Shown: positions 10,601-19,666 of the stretch, one piece after another | Layout: each line of letters begins with the position of its first letter | Position numbering within the stretch: position 1 is the stretch's first letter | Assembly (NCBI GenBank): GCA_000092065.1 | Contig: CP000583.1 | Source of the DNA: Ostreococcus lucimarinus | Lineage: Eukaryota | DNA: 64,000 nt | Strand: one strand, 5' to 3' | The notes under the pieces: model-generated | Told to the model about the DNA's origin: nothing | Database searches by the model: none | What the model saw: only the letters and a program-made list of their open reading frames with translations | Program-made: the position numbers and the translations under genes

Positions 10601-11175
10601 CGCTGTATGAACGCGGTCTCGATGCCGAACCCGGGAACTTGGTGTGTCTCGTCGGCCTCGCAAAGTGCGAGAGTCGACTCGGTCGCTTTGGCGCCGCCCG
10701 CGAAACGCTTCGCCGAGCGAACGCCATCCATCCCGATTCCTCAGCTCTGTGCTTCGCCCAAGCCAGACTCGAAGAAGCCGCGGGCGCGCCCGCGAAAGCC
10801 GCCCACCTCTACCAAAAAGCTCGCCAACTCCAAAAAGAAAGCCGCAAGAAAAAGTCGCGCGTCTCGACGCGCGGTCGCGGTTCCCGCTCCACCTGGGACC
10901 CCGTCGAAGCGTTCGAACGCCAAGAAATCGCATCGGCATCCATCATCTACGCCACCACCGACGACAACCACTTCGCCCACATGGACGAACAAGACGCCAA
11001 CGGCTTTTCCGAGGACGAAAAGCGTCGCTCGAGCGACGATTTGGGCAGTTACGAGCCCCCTCGCTCGTACGAGCGTCGCCGCGTTCGCAAGACGCGCCGC
11101 GCGCCCTCGACGCGCGTCGCCCCGCGCGCCGCCGACGACGACGACGTCCTCGGCAGTAGCCTCGACTCCCTTTAA
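7636..11175 (+). CDS. RelA/SpoT homolog of CRSH type with a C-terminal HAT (half-a-TPR) repeat region, in one uninterrupted frame. The N-terminal HD-like domain has a degenerate HD motif; it is followed by a (p)ppGpp synthetase domain and two EF-hands
   Basis: Synthetase motifs (RRKSRYSTMKKI..., YISDPKANGYSSLHSTLKV, EMQIRTAAMHLAAEAGTASHNSYKGG). EF-hands DLDGDGRVTMSEL and DVNQDGTIDADEF. HAT-like W..WA.FE repeats from about residue 740. The ORF track starts at GTG 7540; the first ATG is 7636 (later ATGs are possible). Confidence 0.8.
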   Translation: MTPASRDARASPRGAARATRAPRMRARRGDVASSRGRRPRAPRPRASVDEERSERADSADGASTSARRPTMELQMTPASGAPFGGSRVVDFVAAWDAISPRLAAREHGEADKEMLLSALTLAIPRLQQIVRTEGKGKKPAHERAVDVTLTLVDMGMDAECISAGLLREAVVHGTVSLDEIEDVLGERVMRLAHDVGRVHDLPRRVHSYDENAAERLRSFYLSFHDIRAIVVELACRLDTLRNIDELEPIQRTTIALETMQIYAPMAHALNTGALCAELEDLAFKILFPTSYASLERWLTAKSPGDSAILDKMTKMLTDTMNADTTMNALIGRGGVKVLARRKSRYSTMKKIIRDGRKREEVHDLLGLRLVLTPQPGSGAELPGMGQVYSGEVTYEHMEARALKAANAACYRAQQIVHGLFPAVSGRTKDYISDPKANGYSSLHSTLKVAFGDDGKPLASSEAYKRGVNVEMQIRTAAMHLAAEAGTASHNSYKGGLKEDTGMAGSLADLASAANRAAEEKFGAFTHADLRERDELHDRLFEAFDLDGDGRVTMSELRTVLEKIWDTEMNDLREEAHALMELLDVNQDGTIDADEFAKFRASLTAISALPKADAATLAAIEAVAIDVEIAEDAPAAQVEDKALVIDVNPTEVPTGENIEEKAELIATVRAKVRAAVSESYEYTGKVDLAGRKATAAMRDSESGPVEWQLVWDLMRTGRAETARQLFYQRTTRAPSQILVWEQWARFELLQGDPERARSLYRAALLHCEDQPMVRAEILRKWAMMEIVSTDALHQTSHSDLFSRTIAVLAEAQSKGRITAEESGSAQAKTYQVWAQGLARAGNIDEARKLLDKAIDLDENNAAVAHAQGQIEETLDNFPAAIAAYRRGLEANPNDAYLLQSWGRIEAKMGRLDNARKLFRHGVETNEENYHIPQAWAVSEAEHPEGDAATAREMFQRASSLAYWSVQTWAAWARFELDAEDNEQRLETARTLYERGLDAEPGNLVCLVGLAKCESRLGRFGAARETLRRANAIHPDSSALCFAQARLEEAAGAPAKAAHLYQKARQLQKESRKKKSRVSTRGRGSRSTWDPVEAFERQEIASASIIYATTDDNHFAHMDEQDANGFSEDEKRRSSDDLGSYEPPRSYERRRVRKTRRAPSTRVAPRAADDDDVLGSSLDSL

Positions 11176-11844
11176 CGGCGCGCGCACCTTTTCTCGCCCG
11201 CCATCCGTCCTTCGCGCGACCTCGGACCCGCGCCTCGCCTCGCGGCGCGTCGACGAAGAAACGACGAATGGCGTCGCGCGCGGCGTCCACGCGCGCCGAC
11301 GCGCGACCGCCCGCCCGACCCCGGGATCGCCGCGAAATCCTCGCGCGCGCGCGCGCGCGCGTCGCTCGAATCACGACTCGTCGAGTCCCTCTTTTTTTCC
11401 CAGCCCGTCGATACTGTTTGCGCGGCCGACGCCCGGCCGCGACGGCCCCCCGCGACGTCCCGCGGCGGTTTCGGGCGCGCTGGCGTGTGTAAAACGACCG
11501 ATCGTGACTCAAGCGCCGTTTACGTATTGCGCGCGCATTTCGCCAATGTATCGCGAACGCGACGCGCGCGTCGTCTCCGGGCGGTCGGTCGCCCGCCCCG
11601 CGCGACGCGCGCGAGCCGCGACGTCGACGCGCGCGCGGCAGTCGCCCGCGCGCGCGACCGCGCGAGCGCGCGCGAACGCGCGAACCGCGCGCGCGCGACC
11701 GACGGGCGAGGGAATCGACGCGCGCGCGACGATCTCGGCGACGGATCGAAGACGCGATCGATCGATCGAAGATATTTCCGCGGGCAGCGCTGGCGGAAAC
11801 GGCGCGCGCGACGCGCGCGAGGGCGAGGACGCGCGCGAGACGGG

Positions 11845-12684
11845 ATGCCGTCGATGACGCGGAGTCGAACGGACTCGCCGAACGCGATCGCGGCGATCGC
11901 GGTGGACGTCGCGGTGCGAGCGCTGGGAGGGAGGCGGGCGACGGAGGCGGGGACGGCGAGCGACGAGGCGAGCGAGGTGGTCGACGCGTTGTTGCCCAGG
12001 GTGACGCGGTTGAGCGTGCGAAAGCGATTGTCGGGGCGGGGGGGGAAGAGTGATAGAGAGGGACGGGTGGGGGCAGACGAGATGGGGTTCGACGCGATGG
12101 ATGCGGATACGTTGTTCGGGGAAAGATCCACGGAGGGGTCGCTTCGCGGAGGCACGGCGATGTTTCACGAACGAAAAAACTCGTTCGATGGGGAAATTAA
12201 ATTTGAATCGGCGTTGCCGACGGCGTCGGACGATGCGGTGATTCCGACCGAGGAGGGTGGGCGGCGACCGCCGACGCCGGGTAAGACTCGCCCTTGGTTG
12301 AAGGAATCGCGAGCGACTCCGATGCAAGTCGACGACGAGCGAGCGAAGACTTGCGGCGACGCCGTGCCCAGTATTTTGGCTTCGCCGAAGAGAAACGGAT
12401 CCATGCTGATCCTGAATGCGGAAGATCACGATACAAAGATGCGCTGCGTGGGAACGCCGACGTTGGTGCCGCGCGCGCGTCGCGCCGAAGTCAATTCCCC
12501 GACGTTGGTTGGGGTCGAATCGCCGTCGGCGGGTACGCCCTCCGAACAATCCATCGAGACGTCTGACCACAAGCCGTTCAGTCGTAGCGCATCCACGCTG
12601 TCGACGGTATCTCTCGCCTCGGCGTTCAGCCCGGTCTCTCGACCGATGTCGAGGAATGCATCCCAAGAAGACCTCAGTAAATGA
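11845..12684 (+). CDS. Hypothetical Ser/Pro/Thr-rich disordered protein
   Basis: ATG-initiated 279-aa reading frame with host-like GC3 codon usage and no recognisable domain. The upstream part of the track ORF looks non-coding. Confidence 0.3.
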   Translation: MPSMTRSRTDSPNAIAAIAVDVAVRALGGRRATEAGTASDEASEVVDALLPRVTRLSVRKRLSGRGGKSDREGRVGADEMGFDAMDADTLFGERSTEGSLRGGTAMFHERKNSFDGEIKFESALPTASDDAVIPTEEGGRRPPTPGKTRPWLKESRATPMQVDDERAKTCGDAVPSILASPKRNGSMLILNAEDHDTKMRCVGTPTLVPRARRAEVNSPTLVGVESPSAGTPSEQSIETSDHKPFSRSASTLSTVSLASAFSPVSRPMSRNASQEDLSK

Positions 12685-12843
12685 GGAATGAAACGTCCCA
12701 TCGTCGCGACACCACGCCCGTTGTATTCACCGATTCCTCGACCACTATTTATGTGGTTCTAGTCGCGTTCTATGTTGTGGATATTGTATTCTCAATCAAT
12801 GTTTATTCCGTCTAGGTGCAATCTATTCCTCCCGTACAAAAGC

Positions 12844-14760
12844 CTACAAAAGTAAAACCTTGGAGGCGGGAGAGGCGCGCAAACCGGAGAACCGGACATG
12901 CCCGCGACGCGCTTGCTGTTGCGGGACGCCACGCACCGCGCGCGCCTTGACACGAACACCACGCTCCCGAACACCCGTCATAGTCGCAGAGATAGTCGCG
13001 GCTGTCCCATCCTTCTTCACATCAAACTTATCCGCCGCGACGTGCACGTTCTTCACCGCCCGGCCAGAAATATCCCCGACGCTCTTCTCCCACTCAGGAT
13101 CCCAGCACACGGCTTCCGGAGTGGAACACGCGATAGATTTGCCAAATGGGCACGTCGCATACGCGCAGTCACCATTCTCAAATCCAGTCACAAAGTGCTC
13201 CTCGAAAATGGAGCGGAGCAAGTAATACTCCTTCGTCGTCGGCGGATGCAGCGGGAAGCGTTGGGCGCGTCTCGCAAAGTCTTCATCCGACACTTCGAGC
13301 TCGGCATGCGCCGCCAAACCGTCGACCCAGTCGTAGCCGACGCCGTCGCTAAATTGTTCTTTTTGTCGCCAAAGCACTTCTTGCGGCAAGTAGGAATCTC
13401 CAGGGGTGTCGAACGCCTTGCGAAGGATGTACTTTTCCAAGTACGGACGCCCATCCGCATCCTTCTTGTTGACATCAATCATCTTGTCCTCCGGTCGCAT
13501 GTTCATCGCGAGATCGATGACTTGCTGAGACAAGAGCGGAGTGCGCACCTCAATGCCCCAACTCATAGTTGATTTGTTCGCGCGCAAAACGTCCCATTGG
13601 TGCAATCGCATGGTCTTCCGACGGCACTCGGCGTGGAATTCAGCCGGGTTCGGCGCCTTGTGAAAATACAAGTATCCGCCGAAGAGCTCATCCGCGCCCT
13701 CGCCCGACAGCACCATCTTGAATCCCAGTGACTTGATATGACGGCTCAAAAGATACATTGGCACCGACGCCCGAACTTGTTCGAACGTTTCCAGATGCCA
13801 AATGACATCCGGAAGCGCGTCCAAGGCTTCCTCAGGCGTGAAATGCACCTCGTGGTGAATCGTTCCGAGTTGCTCGGCAACCTTGCGAGCGGCGACTAAA
13901 TCTGGTGCCCCCTTGATACCGATGGAAAACGAGTGCACGGGTTCGTCCGCACCGTACGTGTTCTTCGCTAACTTACGCTGACGCACAGCGATGGAAGTGA
14001 TCAACGAAGAGTCGAGGCCTCCAGAGAGGAGCACGGCGTACGGGACGTCCGCCATCAAACGCTTGGTGACGGCGTCGACGACGCACTCACGGAGCTCCTC
14101 CAAGTTTGCCTCCTTGGTCGGCACGTAATTTTCATCCGTAATCCACTGCGGGTTGTACCAGCGCTCGATCGTCGCCGGCGCGTCCCCCTTCTTGACGTAC
14201 ACGTGACCAGGGGGGAAGATTTCATAATTCGCCACCCCCGGGTCGTCGTGAAGTGTCTTCATCTCGCTGCTAAACCACACGCTCCCATCCTTCCCGTTCG
14301 CCATATACATCGGAATCTTACCCATGTGATCTCTCGCCGCCACGATCACATCGTTCTCGCGATCCTCAATCACGAACGCGAACATTCCGTCGAGCTCGCT
14401 CACAAAGCTCGGCCCGTGCTGCTCGTACAGGTGCCCGATGACTTGACAATCGCTCTTATTCTCGCTCACGATTCCATACTTTTCCCTCAATTCCGCGTGA
14501 TTATAAATCTCCCCGTTCGCGATGAACGCCGTCCTCTTCGTCGCGTCCGTGAACAGCGGTTGATCGCCGCTCTTTCCCGGCGCCACGATGCTCAGGCGCT
14601 TGTGCACCATGAAGGTTTGTCGTCCCGCGTCGTCCAATCGCACCTCCATCCCGTACGAATCCGGTCCTCGGTGTCGCAGCCGCTTCGCGAGCTGATACAC
14701 GCGCTGCCGATTCTTGCGCGCGTCGCCCGTGAGGCGCAGGACGCTGAAGATCCCGCACAT
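12844..14760 (-). CDS. ASNS: Asparagine synthetase (glutamine-hydrolysing)
   Basis: Begins MCGIF (class II glutamine amidotransferase, N-terminal Cys nucleophile). Full-length AsnB architecture including the SGGLDSS PP-loop. Confidence 0.9.
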   Translation of the reverse strand: MCGIFSVLRLTGDARKNRQRVYQLAKRLRHRGPDSYGMEVRLDDAGRQTFMVHKRLSIVAPGKSGDQPLFTDATKRTAFIANGEIYNHAELREKYGIVSENKSDCQVIGHLYEQHGPSFVSELDGMFAFVIEDRENDVIVAARDHMGKIPMYMANGKDGSVWFSSEMKTLHDDPGVANYEIFPPGHVYVKKGDAPATIERWYNPQWITDENYVPTKEANLEELRECVVDAVTKRLMADVPYAVLLSGGLDSSLITSIAVRQRKLAKNTYGADEPVHSFSIGIKGAPDLVAARKVAEQLGTIHHEVHFTPEEALDALPDVIWHLETFEQVRASVPMYLLSRHIKSLGFKMVLSGEGADELFGGYLYFHKAPNPAEFHAECRRKTMRLHQWDVLRANKSTMSWGIEVRTPLLSQQVIDLAMNMRPEDKMIDVNKKDADGRPYLEKYILRKAFDTPGDSYLPQEVLWRQKEQFSDGVGYDWVDGLAAHAELEVSDEDFARRAQRFPLHPPTTKEYYLLRSIFEEHFVTGFENGDCAYATCPFGKSIACSTPEAVCWDPEWEKSVGDISGRAVKNVHVAADKFDVKKDGTAATISATMTGVRERGVRVKARAVRGVPQQQARRGHVRFSGLRASPASKVLLL

Positions 14761-15122
14761 GATCGTCCGCGCGCGTTCGACGCGCGGCAAAGCCCTGAAC
14801 GCTGGAACCCTCGAGTCGGGCGCGCGCGCCGGCGGACGCGCGCGCGACGCCGCGAGGCCGCGAGGCGAGGCGCGCGACGGGTGCGCGCGCGGTCGAACGA
14901 CGCGAGCGCGGCGGACGCGGCGCGCGGTGGACGCGACGCGACGGCGTGTGCGCGCGAGACGACGCGAGCGCGCGCATTATCCGACCGAGCCGCCGCCGAT
15001 CGATGGGCGACCGACCGCCGTGTGGGCAAACAGTGACGTGTGGGGGGGATTCGGGATGGATCGCGCGCGAGCGAGACGCGGCGAGGCGACGCGACGACGG
15101 CGCGCGCGAGAAAAGTGCGTCG

Positions 15123-16241
15123 TTAACAACGAACGAGAATTTTTAAACGGCCGATCGAGGCCGAGGGGTCGAGGTCGGCGGCGGCGTCGAGGCGAAGGGC
15201 CTCGGGAAGACCGCGCAGGGGGACGTCGCGGAGACGGGACGAGGGCGTGCGGAGCGCGCCGTCGTGAATCTCTCGCGAGATTTGGGCGAGCATGTCGCGG
15301 CGACCGGCGCCTTGAGTGGTGTTTTCGTCGTGCTCGAGCCAGCGGGTGAGCCAGAAGCCTTTGAGGGTGATGTCTTTGAAGATGAAGGCGCCGGTGGGAA
15401 CGACGAGCGGTTGCTTGGACATGCCGCCGTAGGTAACCATGACGGACGATGCGTTCGGCTGAAGCAGTCTAAGCATGGTTTGCGCGCTATATCCACTCAC
15501 GGCGTTAAACCCAAACCGCGCCCTCGTCGCGAGTTCGCGCGTTTTCGCGTCGAGTCGGAGGAATTTACCCTCGACGTCTGGTATCACGACGTCGGCGCCG
15601 TCGGCGCGCAACGATTCAAAAACCTCCTCCGTCGCCGTCTCGCTCGATCTCGGCCGACACATAGCTATCGTTCTAATACCCCTCGCGCGTGCGAGCTGCA
15701 ATAACGCCCGTCCAACCCCCGAAGTCGCGGCGTTCACGACGATCGTATCCCCCTCTCGCGCGTCGTTATCGACCAACAGCCGCAGCGCCGTGCACGGATT
15801 CACCGTCATCATCGCCGCCTCGTGCACGGGCACGTCCCGATCGATCACATCAAACGCGTTCGCGTTCGCCACCACCTCTCGTCGCCACGTTCCCAGCGCG
15901 TACGATCGATTCGGCACCACTCTGTCGCCCGTTCGCGCGCCCCTCGCCAGCGCCCTCGTCCCGCACGCCGTCACCTCCCCCACCATCTCGTTCCCTCCGC
16001 ACGCCGGCAGCTCGCGCGCGACCGGGTACTTACCCTCGATCATGTTCACGTCCGACGGGTTCACCGGCGCGGCGAGGACGCGCACGCGCACGTCGTCCTC
16101 GCCCAGTTCGTCCGGCAACGGTATCGACGCCACGCGCAGGACCTCCCCCGGCGCGCCGCGCTCGGCGTACACGCACGCCTCCGTGTGCGCGCGTCGACGC
16201 GCGATGACGTCGCGGATCGCGCGCGGCGCGCGTCGGCGCAT
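15123..16241 (-). CDS. MDR-superfamily NAD(P)H enoyl reductase, trans-2-enoyl-CoA reductase (MECR/ETR1)-like
   Basis: About 370 aa from MRRRAP (ATG at 16241), with PVNPSDVNMIEGKYP and the GVG Rossmann region typical of MECR/quinone oxidoreductase-like proteins. The 210 aa upstream in the track ORF is Pro/Arg-rich junk. Confidence 0.7.
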   Translation of the reverse strand: MRRRAPRAIRDVIARRRAHTEACVYAERGAPGEVLRVASIPLPDELGEDDVRVRVLAAPVNPSDVNMIEGKYPVARELPACGGNEMVGEVTACGTRALARGARTGDRVVPNRSYALGTWRREVVANANAFDVIDRDVPVHEAAMMTVNPCTALRLLVDNDAREGDTIVVNAATSGVGRALLQLARARGIRTIAMCRPRSSETATEEVFESLRADGADVVIPDVEGKFLRLDAKTRELATRARFGFNAVSGYSAQTMLRLLQPNASSVMVTYGGMSKQPLVVPTGAFIFKDITLKGFWLTRWLEHDENTTQGAGRRDMLAQISREIHDGALRTPSSRLRDVPLRGLPEALRLDAAADLDPSASIGRLKILVRC

Positions 16242-16324
16242 CGCGCGTCGAGCGCGACGCGATGCGGCGTCAGAGCGCGACGCCGCGAATCGATCCGCGC
16301 GCGCGTCGATGCGAGTCGACGCGA

Positions 16325-17524
16325 ATGGACGGTGAGAGCGCCGCGACGACGTGCGGGGCGTGCGAGAAAGCGCGCGCGAGGTACGCGTGTCCGAAGTGCG
16401 GCGCGAGGCTGTGCGCGCTGGCGTGCTACGAGCGACACAACGATGGGAAGTGTCAAAGTCGATTTCACGAGGACGCGCTCGCGAGCGCGATGCGAGGGAT
16501 GACGGCGACGGCGGAGACGAAGCGGGAGATGATGGAGACTTTGCGGCGACGCGCGGTGGCGGACGGGACGCTGGATCTCGGGATCGAGGAGGAGGAGGAG
16601 GAGGAGGAGGGCGACGACGACGACGACGGCGGCGAGCGGTGCGTGCTGAGCGAGGCGAGCTTGGAGGTACTGCGCGCGGGGGGAGAGTTGGATTTAGAAG
16701 CGTTGAATGAGGAAGAACGGGCGAGTTTTGAGCGGGCGGTCGCGAGCGGGGAGCTCGTGGAGGCGTGGGTGCCGTGGTGGGAATCGCCCGAGGCTGGACG
16801 AACGCGCGCGAGCGCGAGGGGCGAGCGCGCGGTGGCGGAGCTCGATCTGTGTGAACCGACGACGAGCGAGGGCGCGAACGACAAAGATAAAGGCATACCA
16901 CCGCTCGCGAGCGCGGATGAAGCTTTGGATCCGTTTGAGAGGTTGAGCGGGGGTAAAGAAGCCCCCGAAGCGCTTCGCTGGCACTGCGTCAACGCGCTCT
17001 CGGCGTACGTCCTCGTCAAGCGATCTTTCAACGGAGATTGGAGCGATGAAGAGGAAATCGCGTGCGACGCGATGTTAGAACTATCCGCTGTGCTCAGCGC
17101 CGAGCGCGGTGCGATCGCGGAGGCCCAGTGCGCGCGAGACGCCGCGCTCGACGTCGTCCGCCGCGCGCCGCGCGCGCTCCCCTCCCCCCCCTCCCCTCGC
17201 GCTCTCCAGCGCGCGCTCACCGCCGACCTCCGCGCCCTGTTCGCCGCCCCAACCATCCCCATTCGAGCCCTGCTCGACCTCTCTCGCGCTCTCGACGTCG
17301 CCGCGCGCGCGTCGGCGTCCGACCGCGCGCGACGCCGCCGCGCCGCGCTCAAGTCCCGCTACCTCTGCGCCTACCTCTGCGCCGACGCCCTCGGCGTCGT
17401 CACCGCCGACGTCGCGCGCGCCGTGAAAGAAATCATCGACGACGACCTCGACGTCGACCCCGACGTCGACCTCGACGTCGTCCGCGTCCGCGACGGCGTC
17501 GCGTCGCCCCGCGCGCGCGGGTAG
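16325..17524 (+). CDS. zf-HIT zinc-finger protein with a poly-Glu/Asp tract
   Basis: CGACEKARARYACPKCGARLCALACYERHNDGKC is a zf-HIT Cys/His pattern. The first ATG of the domain-bearing frame is at 16325. Confidence 0.6.
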   Translation: MDGESAATTCGACEKARARYACPKCGARLCALACYERHNDGKCQSRFHEDALASAMRGMTATAETKREMMETLRRRAVADGTLDLGIEEEEEEEEGDDDDDGGERCVLSEASLEVLRAGGELDLEALNEEERASFERAVASGELVEAWVPWWESPEAGRTRASARGERAVAELDLCEPTTSEGANDKDKGIPPLASADEALDPFERLSGGKEAPEALRWHCVNALSAYVLVKRSFNGDWSDEEEIACDAMLELSAVLSAERGAIAEAQCARDAALDVVRRAPRALPSPPSPRALQRALTADLRALFAAPTIPIRALLDLSRALDVAARASASDRARRRRAALKSRYLCAYLCADALGVVTADVARAVKEIIDDDLDVDPDVDLDVVRVRDGVASPRARG

Positions 17525-17711
17525 CGCTCCACGCACCACGTGGCGCATTTTAACGATCGCGCCTATATACATACATACACGCGCACTGTTTGCCCATACG
17601 TGCCAGCTGGCACCGGCGAAAATAGCCGCGGGGGATCGACGCGATCGAACGGATCGAACGCGTCAGAGCGTGTCGCGCGAGCGCCCGTCGATCGAACCGT
17701 CGACGCGCGTC

Positions 17712-19568
17712 ATGGCGCGACAGCGCTCCTTCGTCGCCGCGGCCGTCGCGGTCGCGCTCGCGTGCGTGGCGCTCGGCCCGATCGCGGGCGCGAACGCGGG
17801 ACACGATGGGTGGGGACCGAATCCCACGCCCACGTCGTCGAATTCGTACAACAATCCGGGGTACTACGGTCCGTACTACGGAGGCGGGTCGACCTGTCCG
17901 CCGACGGTGACGACGTTCGGGAGAGACGCCAACTGCCCGACGTCCGCGGGCGATTGCGGCACGACGTCGTTTTATGGAAGTTCGGATTGCCAGCAAATGA
18001 CGTGGGAGTACGACAATTACAAGTATTACGTCCTCGACGGGCAACCGAACTTGCCGGAACCGTTCACGGGCATTCCGCGCGTGAACATCGAGACGAATGA
18101 GAAGTATGAAGGTCAGATGGCCCTGGATCGGGCGTACGTCGGATCGATCGTCGGTCAAGCGCTGCCGGGCATCGTCATCGCCATCATGTTGTTCGCTTCG
18201 ATGCTTTTGGTGTGCTTCTTCTACCTCATCTCCTCCGTGTGCAAGTGCTGCGGCGTGTGCAAATGCTGCTTCCGACCGAGACCGTATACGCGCAAGGCTT
18301 TGCACGTGGCCAAGGGAGTGCAACTCTTGTTTGTGGCTCTGTGCTTCTGCGGTTGCGTCGTCATCTACGCCGCGTCTCCGGACGTCTCCAGCGGCGTGCG
18401 AACGATCACGAGCGGTTTGGTCAACGCCACGAACGACCTGTCGAACGATGTGAGCTCGCTCCAGACGACATTAGCTGCCGTTCAATCGACCGACATGGAC
18501 ACCGCCGAACTCACTGACCTGAGCACCGCGGCTACCACGGCAAACGTGGAAATTACCAAGACGAAGAATAGCATCGACAAAGCACAAGAAGACGTCCAAC
18601 TCGCCGCCGACATCGTCGCCGGTGTTCTCCTCGGCGTTGCCGTGATCACGATGGTACTCTCTGTGCTGAACTTCTGGCGCTTACTCATCATTTTCTCCGT
18701 CTTGACGTCTTTGATTTTGATCGCCACGTGGATCGTCGTCGGCGCCTTGGCCGCCGTCGGCGTCTTCCTCGACGACTTGTGCTACACGATGGATTTGTAC
18801 GTCCAAAATCCGGATTCTGTCTCCATCAGCAAGGAAATTCCGTGCCCAGACGCGAAAGATGTCGTCCAATTCGGTTCAAAGTTCCGCGAACAAATCAACA
18901 TCATGGTGCATGACCTCAACGACAAAGTTTTCACGCACAACGGTGGTGTGGGTGCTGGAAACCAAAAAAATTTTCTGTGCCCGGCCTATGAAAAGCAGAC
19001 CTGGGATAACTTGTGCGGTACCGCCTCCCAACGTAATGCTGGTTCCTGGGTATCCCCGTTATGGAGCGACGAATTCGCAAACAAAGCCTGCGAAGCCTAC
19101 CACAGGGGCGACCTCGGCGGCACGTCCGCGGCCCCGTCGGCTACGTTCACGCCCTTTGTGACGTGGGATTGTCGGTCAGGCGACACTCCTAGCGGCTACC
19201 TCAACTTCACGTTGAGTTCAAGTACACGCGTTACCCAGACAATCGGCGGGGACATTGGGACTTACTACAACGGAGTAAGTGGCGTGACGACGCAGATGGT
19301 CAGCGACATCACGAACGTCTACAACGTCATTTGGCAGTTTGAGTCCATCCTCAAGTGCGACTTCATCTCCAACACGTTCATGTGGGTTCAACCGGGCTGC
19401 CGCGAAGCCGTTGACGCCATTCAGCTCATGTGGAGAGGTTTCATCGTCACCGCCACCGGCTACTTGTGCTTGTGGATCACCATGCTCGTCACCCTCGGCC
19501 GCATGGCCAACGCCGACTTGATGATTGACGGCGGTAAGTTCAACGCCAAGAAGGCTGGTTTGATCTAA
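17712..19568 (+). CDS. Five-pass membrane glycoprotein with a prominin/tweety-like topology: signal peptide, 5 predicted TM helices, two large loops, and a Cys cluster CKCCGVCKCC after TM1
   Basis: Hydrophobic segments at about residues 150-177, 215-235, 300-325, 330-360 and 585-605 of the ORF translation. Assignment is by topology only. Confidence 0.55.
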   Translation: MARQRSFVAAAVAVALACVALGPIAGANAGHDGWGPNPTPTSSNSYNNPGYYGPYYGGGSTCPPTVTTFGRDANCPTSAGDCGTTSFYGSSDCQQMTWEYDNYKYYVLDGQPNLPEPFTGIPRVNIETNEKYEGQMALDRAYVGSIVGQALPGIVIAIMLFASMLLVCFFYLISSVCKCCGVCKCCFRPRPYTRKALHVAKGVQLLFVALCFCGCVVIYAASPDVSSGVRTITSGLVNATNDLSNDVSSLQTTLAAVQSTDMDTAELTDLSTAATTANVEITKTKNSIDKAQEDVQLAADIVAGVLLGVAVITMVLSVLNFWRLLIIFSVLTSLILIATWIVVGALAAVGVFLDDLCYTMDLYVQNPDSVSISKEIPCPDAKDVVQFGSKFREQINIMVHDLNDKVFTHNGGVGAGNQKNFLCPAYEKQTWDNLCGTASQRNAGSWVSPLWSDEFANKACEAYHRGDLGGTSAAPSATFTPFVTWDCRSGDTPSGYLNFTLSSSTRVTQTIGGDIGTYYNGVSGVTTQMVSDITNVYNVIWQFESILKCDFISNTFMWVQPGCREAVDAIQLMWRGFIVTATGYLCLWITMLVTLGRMANADLMIDGGKFNAKKAGLI

Positions 19569-19666
19569 ATCATCGCCGCGCATCGCGCACGGCGCGCCTC
19601 ACGAGGCGCGATGCCGTGACATTTTCTCAAGTAACAACCTTTATGAATCAAATCTAAAATCCTACT

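Noticed and set aside
10445-11857. 470-aa plus-strand ORF overlapping the CRSH-HAT C-terminus in another frame.
   Set aside because: It is a Pro/Arg/Ser/Thr-rich out-of-frame read-through of a real gene, not an independent protein.
14203-16335. Long ORFs antisense to ASNS and the MECR-like gene (14203..15036, 15475..16335, 15689..16207, 15822..16502).
   Set aside because: They are antisense to well-supported genes and have low-complexity Arg/Ala/Ser composition.
16465-18323. ORFs 16465..17352 (-), 17062..17553 (+) and 17550..18323 (-).
   Set aside because: They are antisense or out-of-frame relative to the zf-HIT and 5-TM genes. Their Ser/Ala/Arg runs show no domains.
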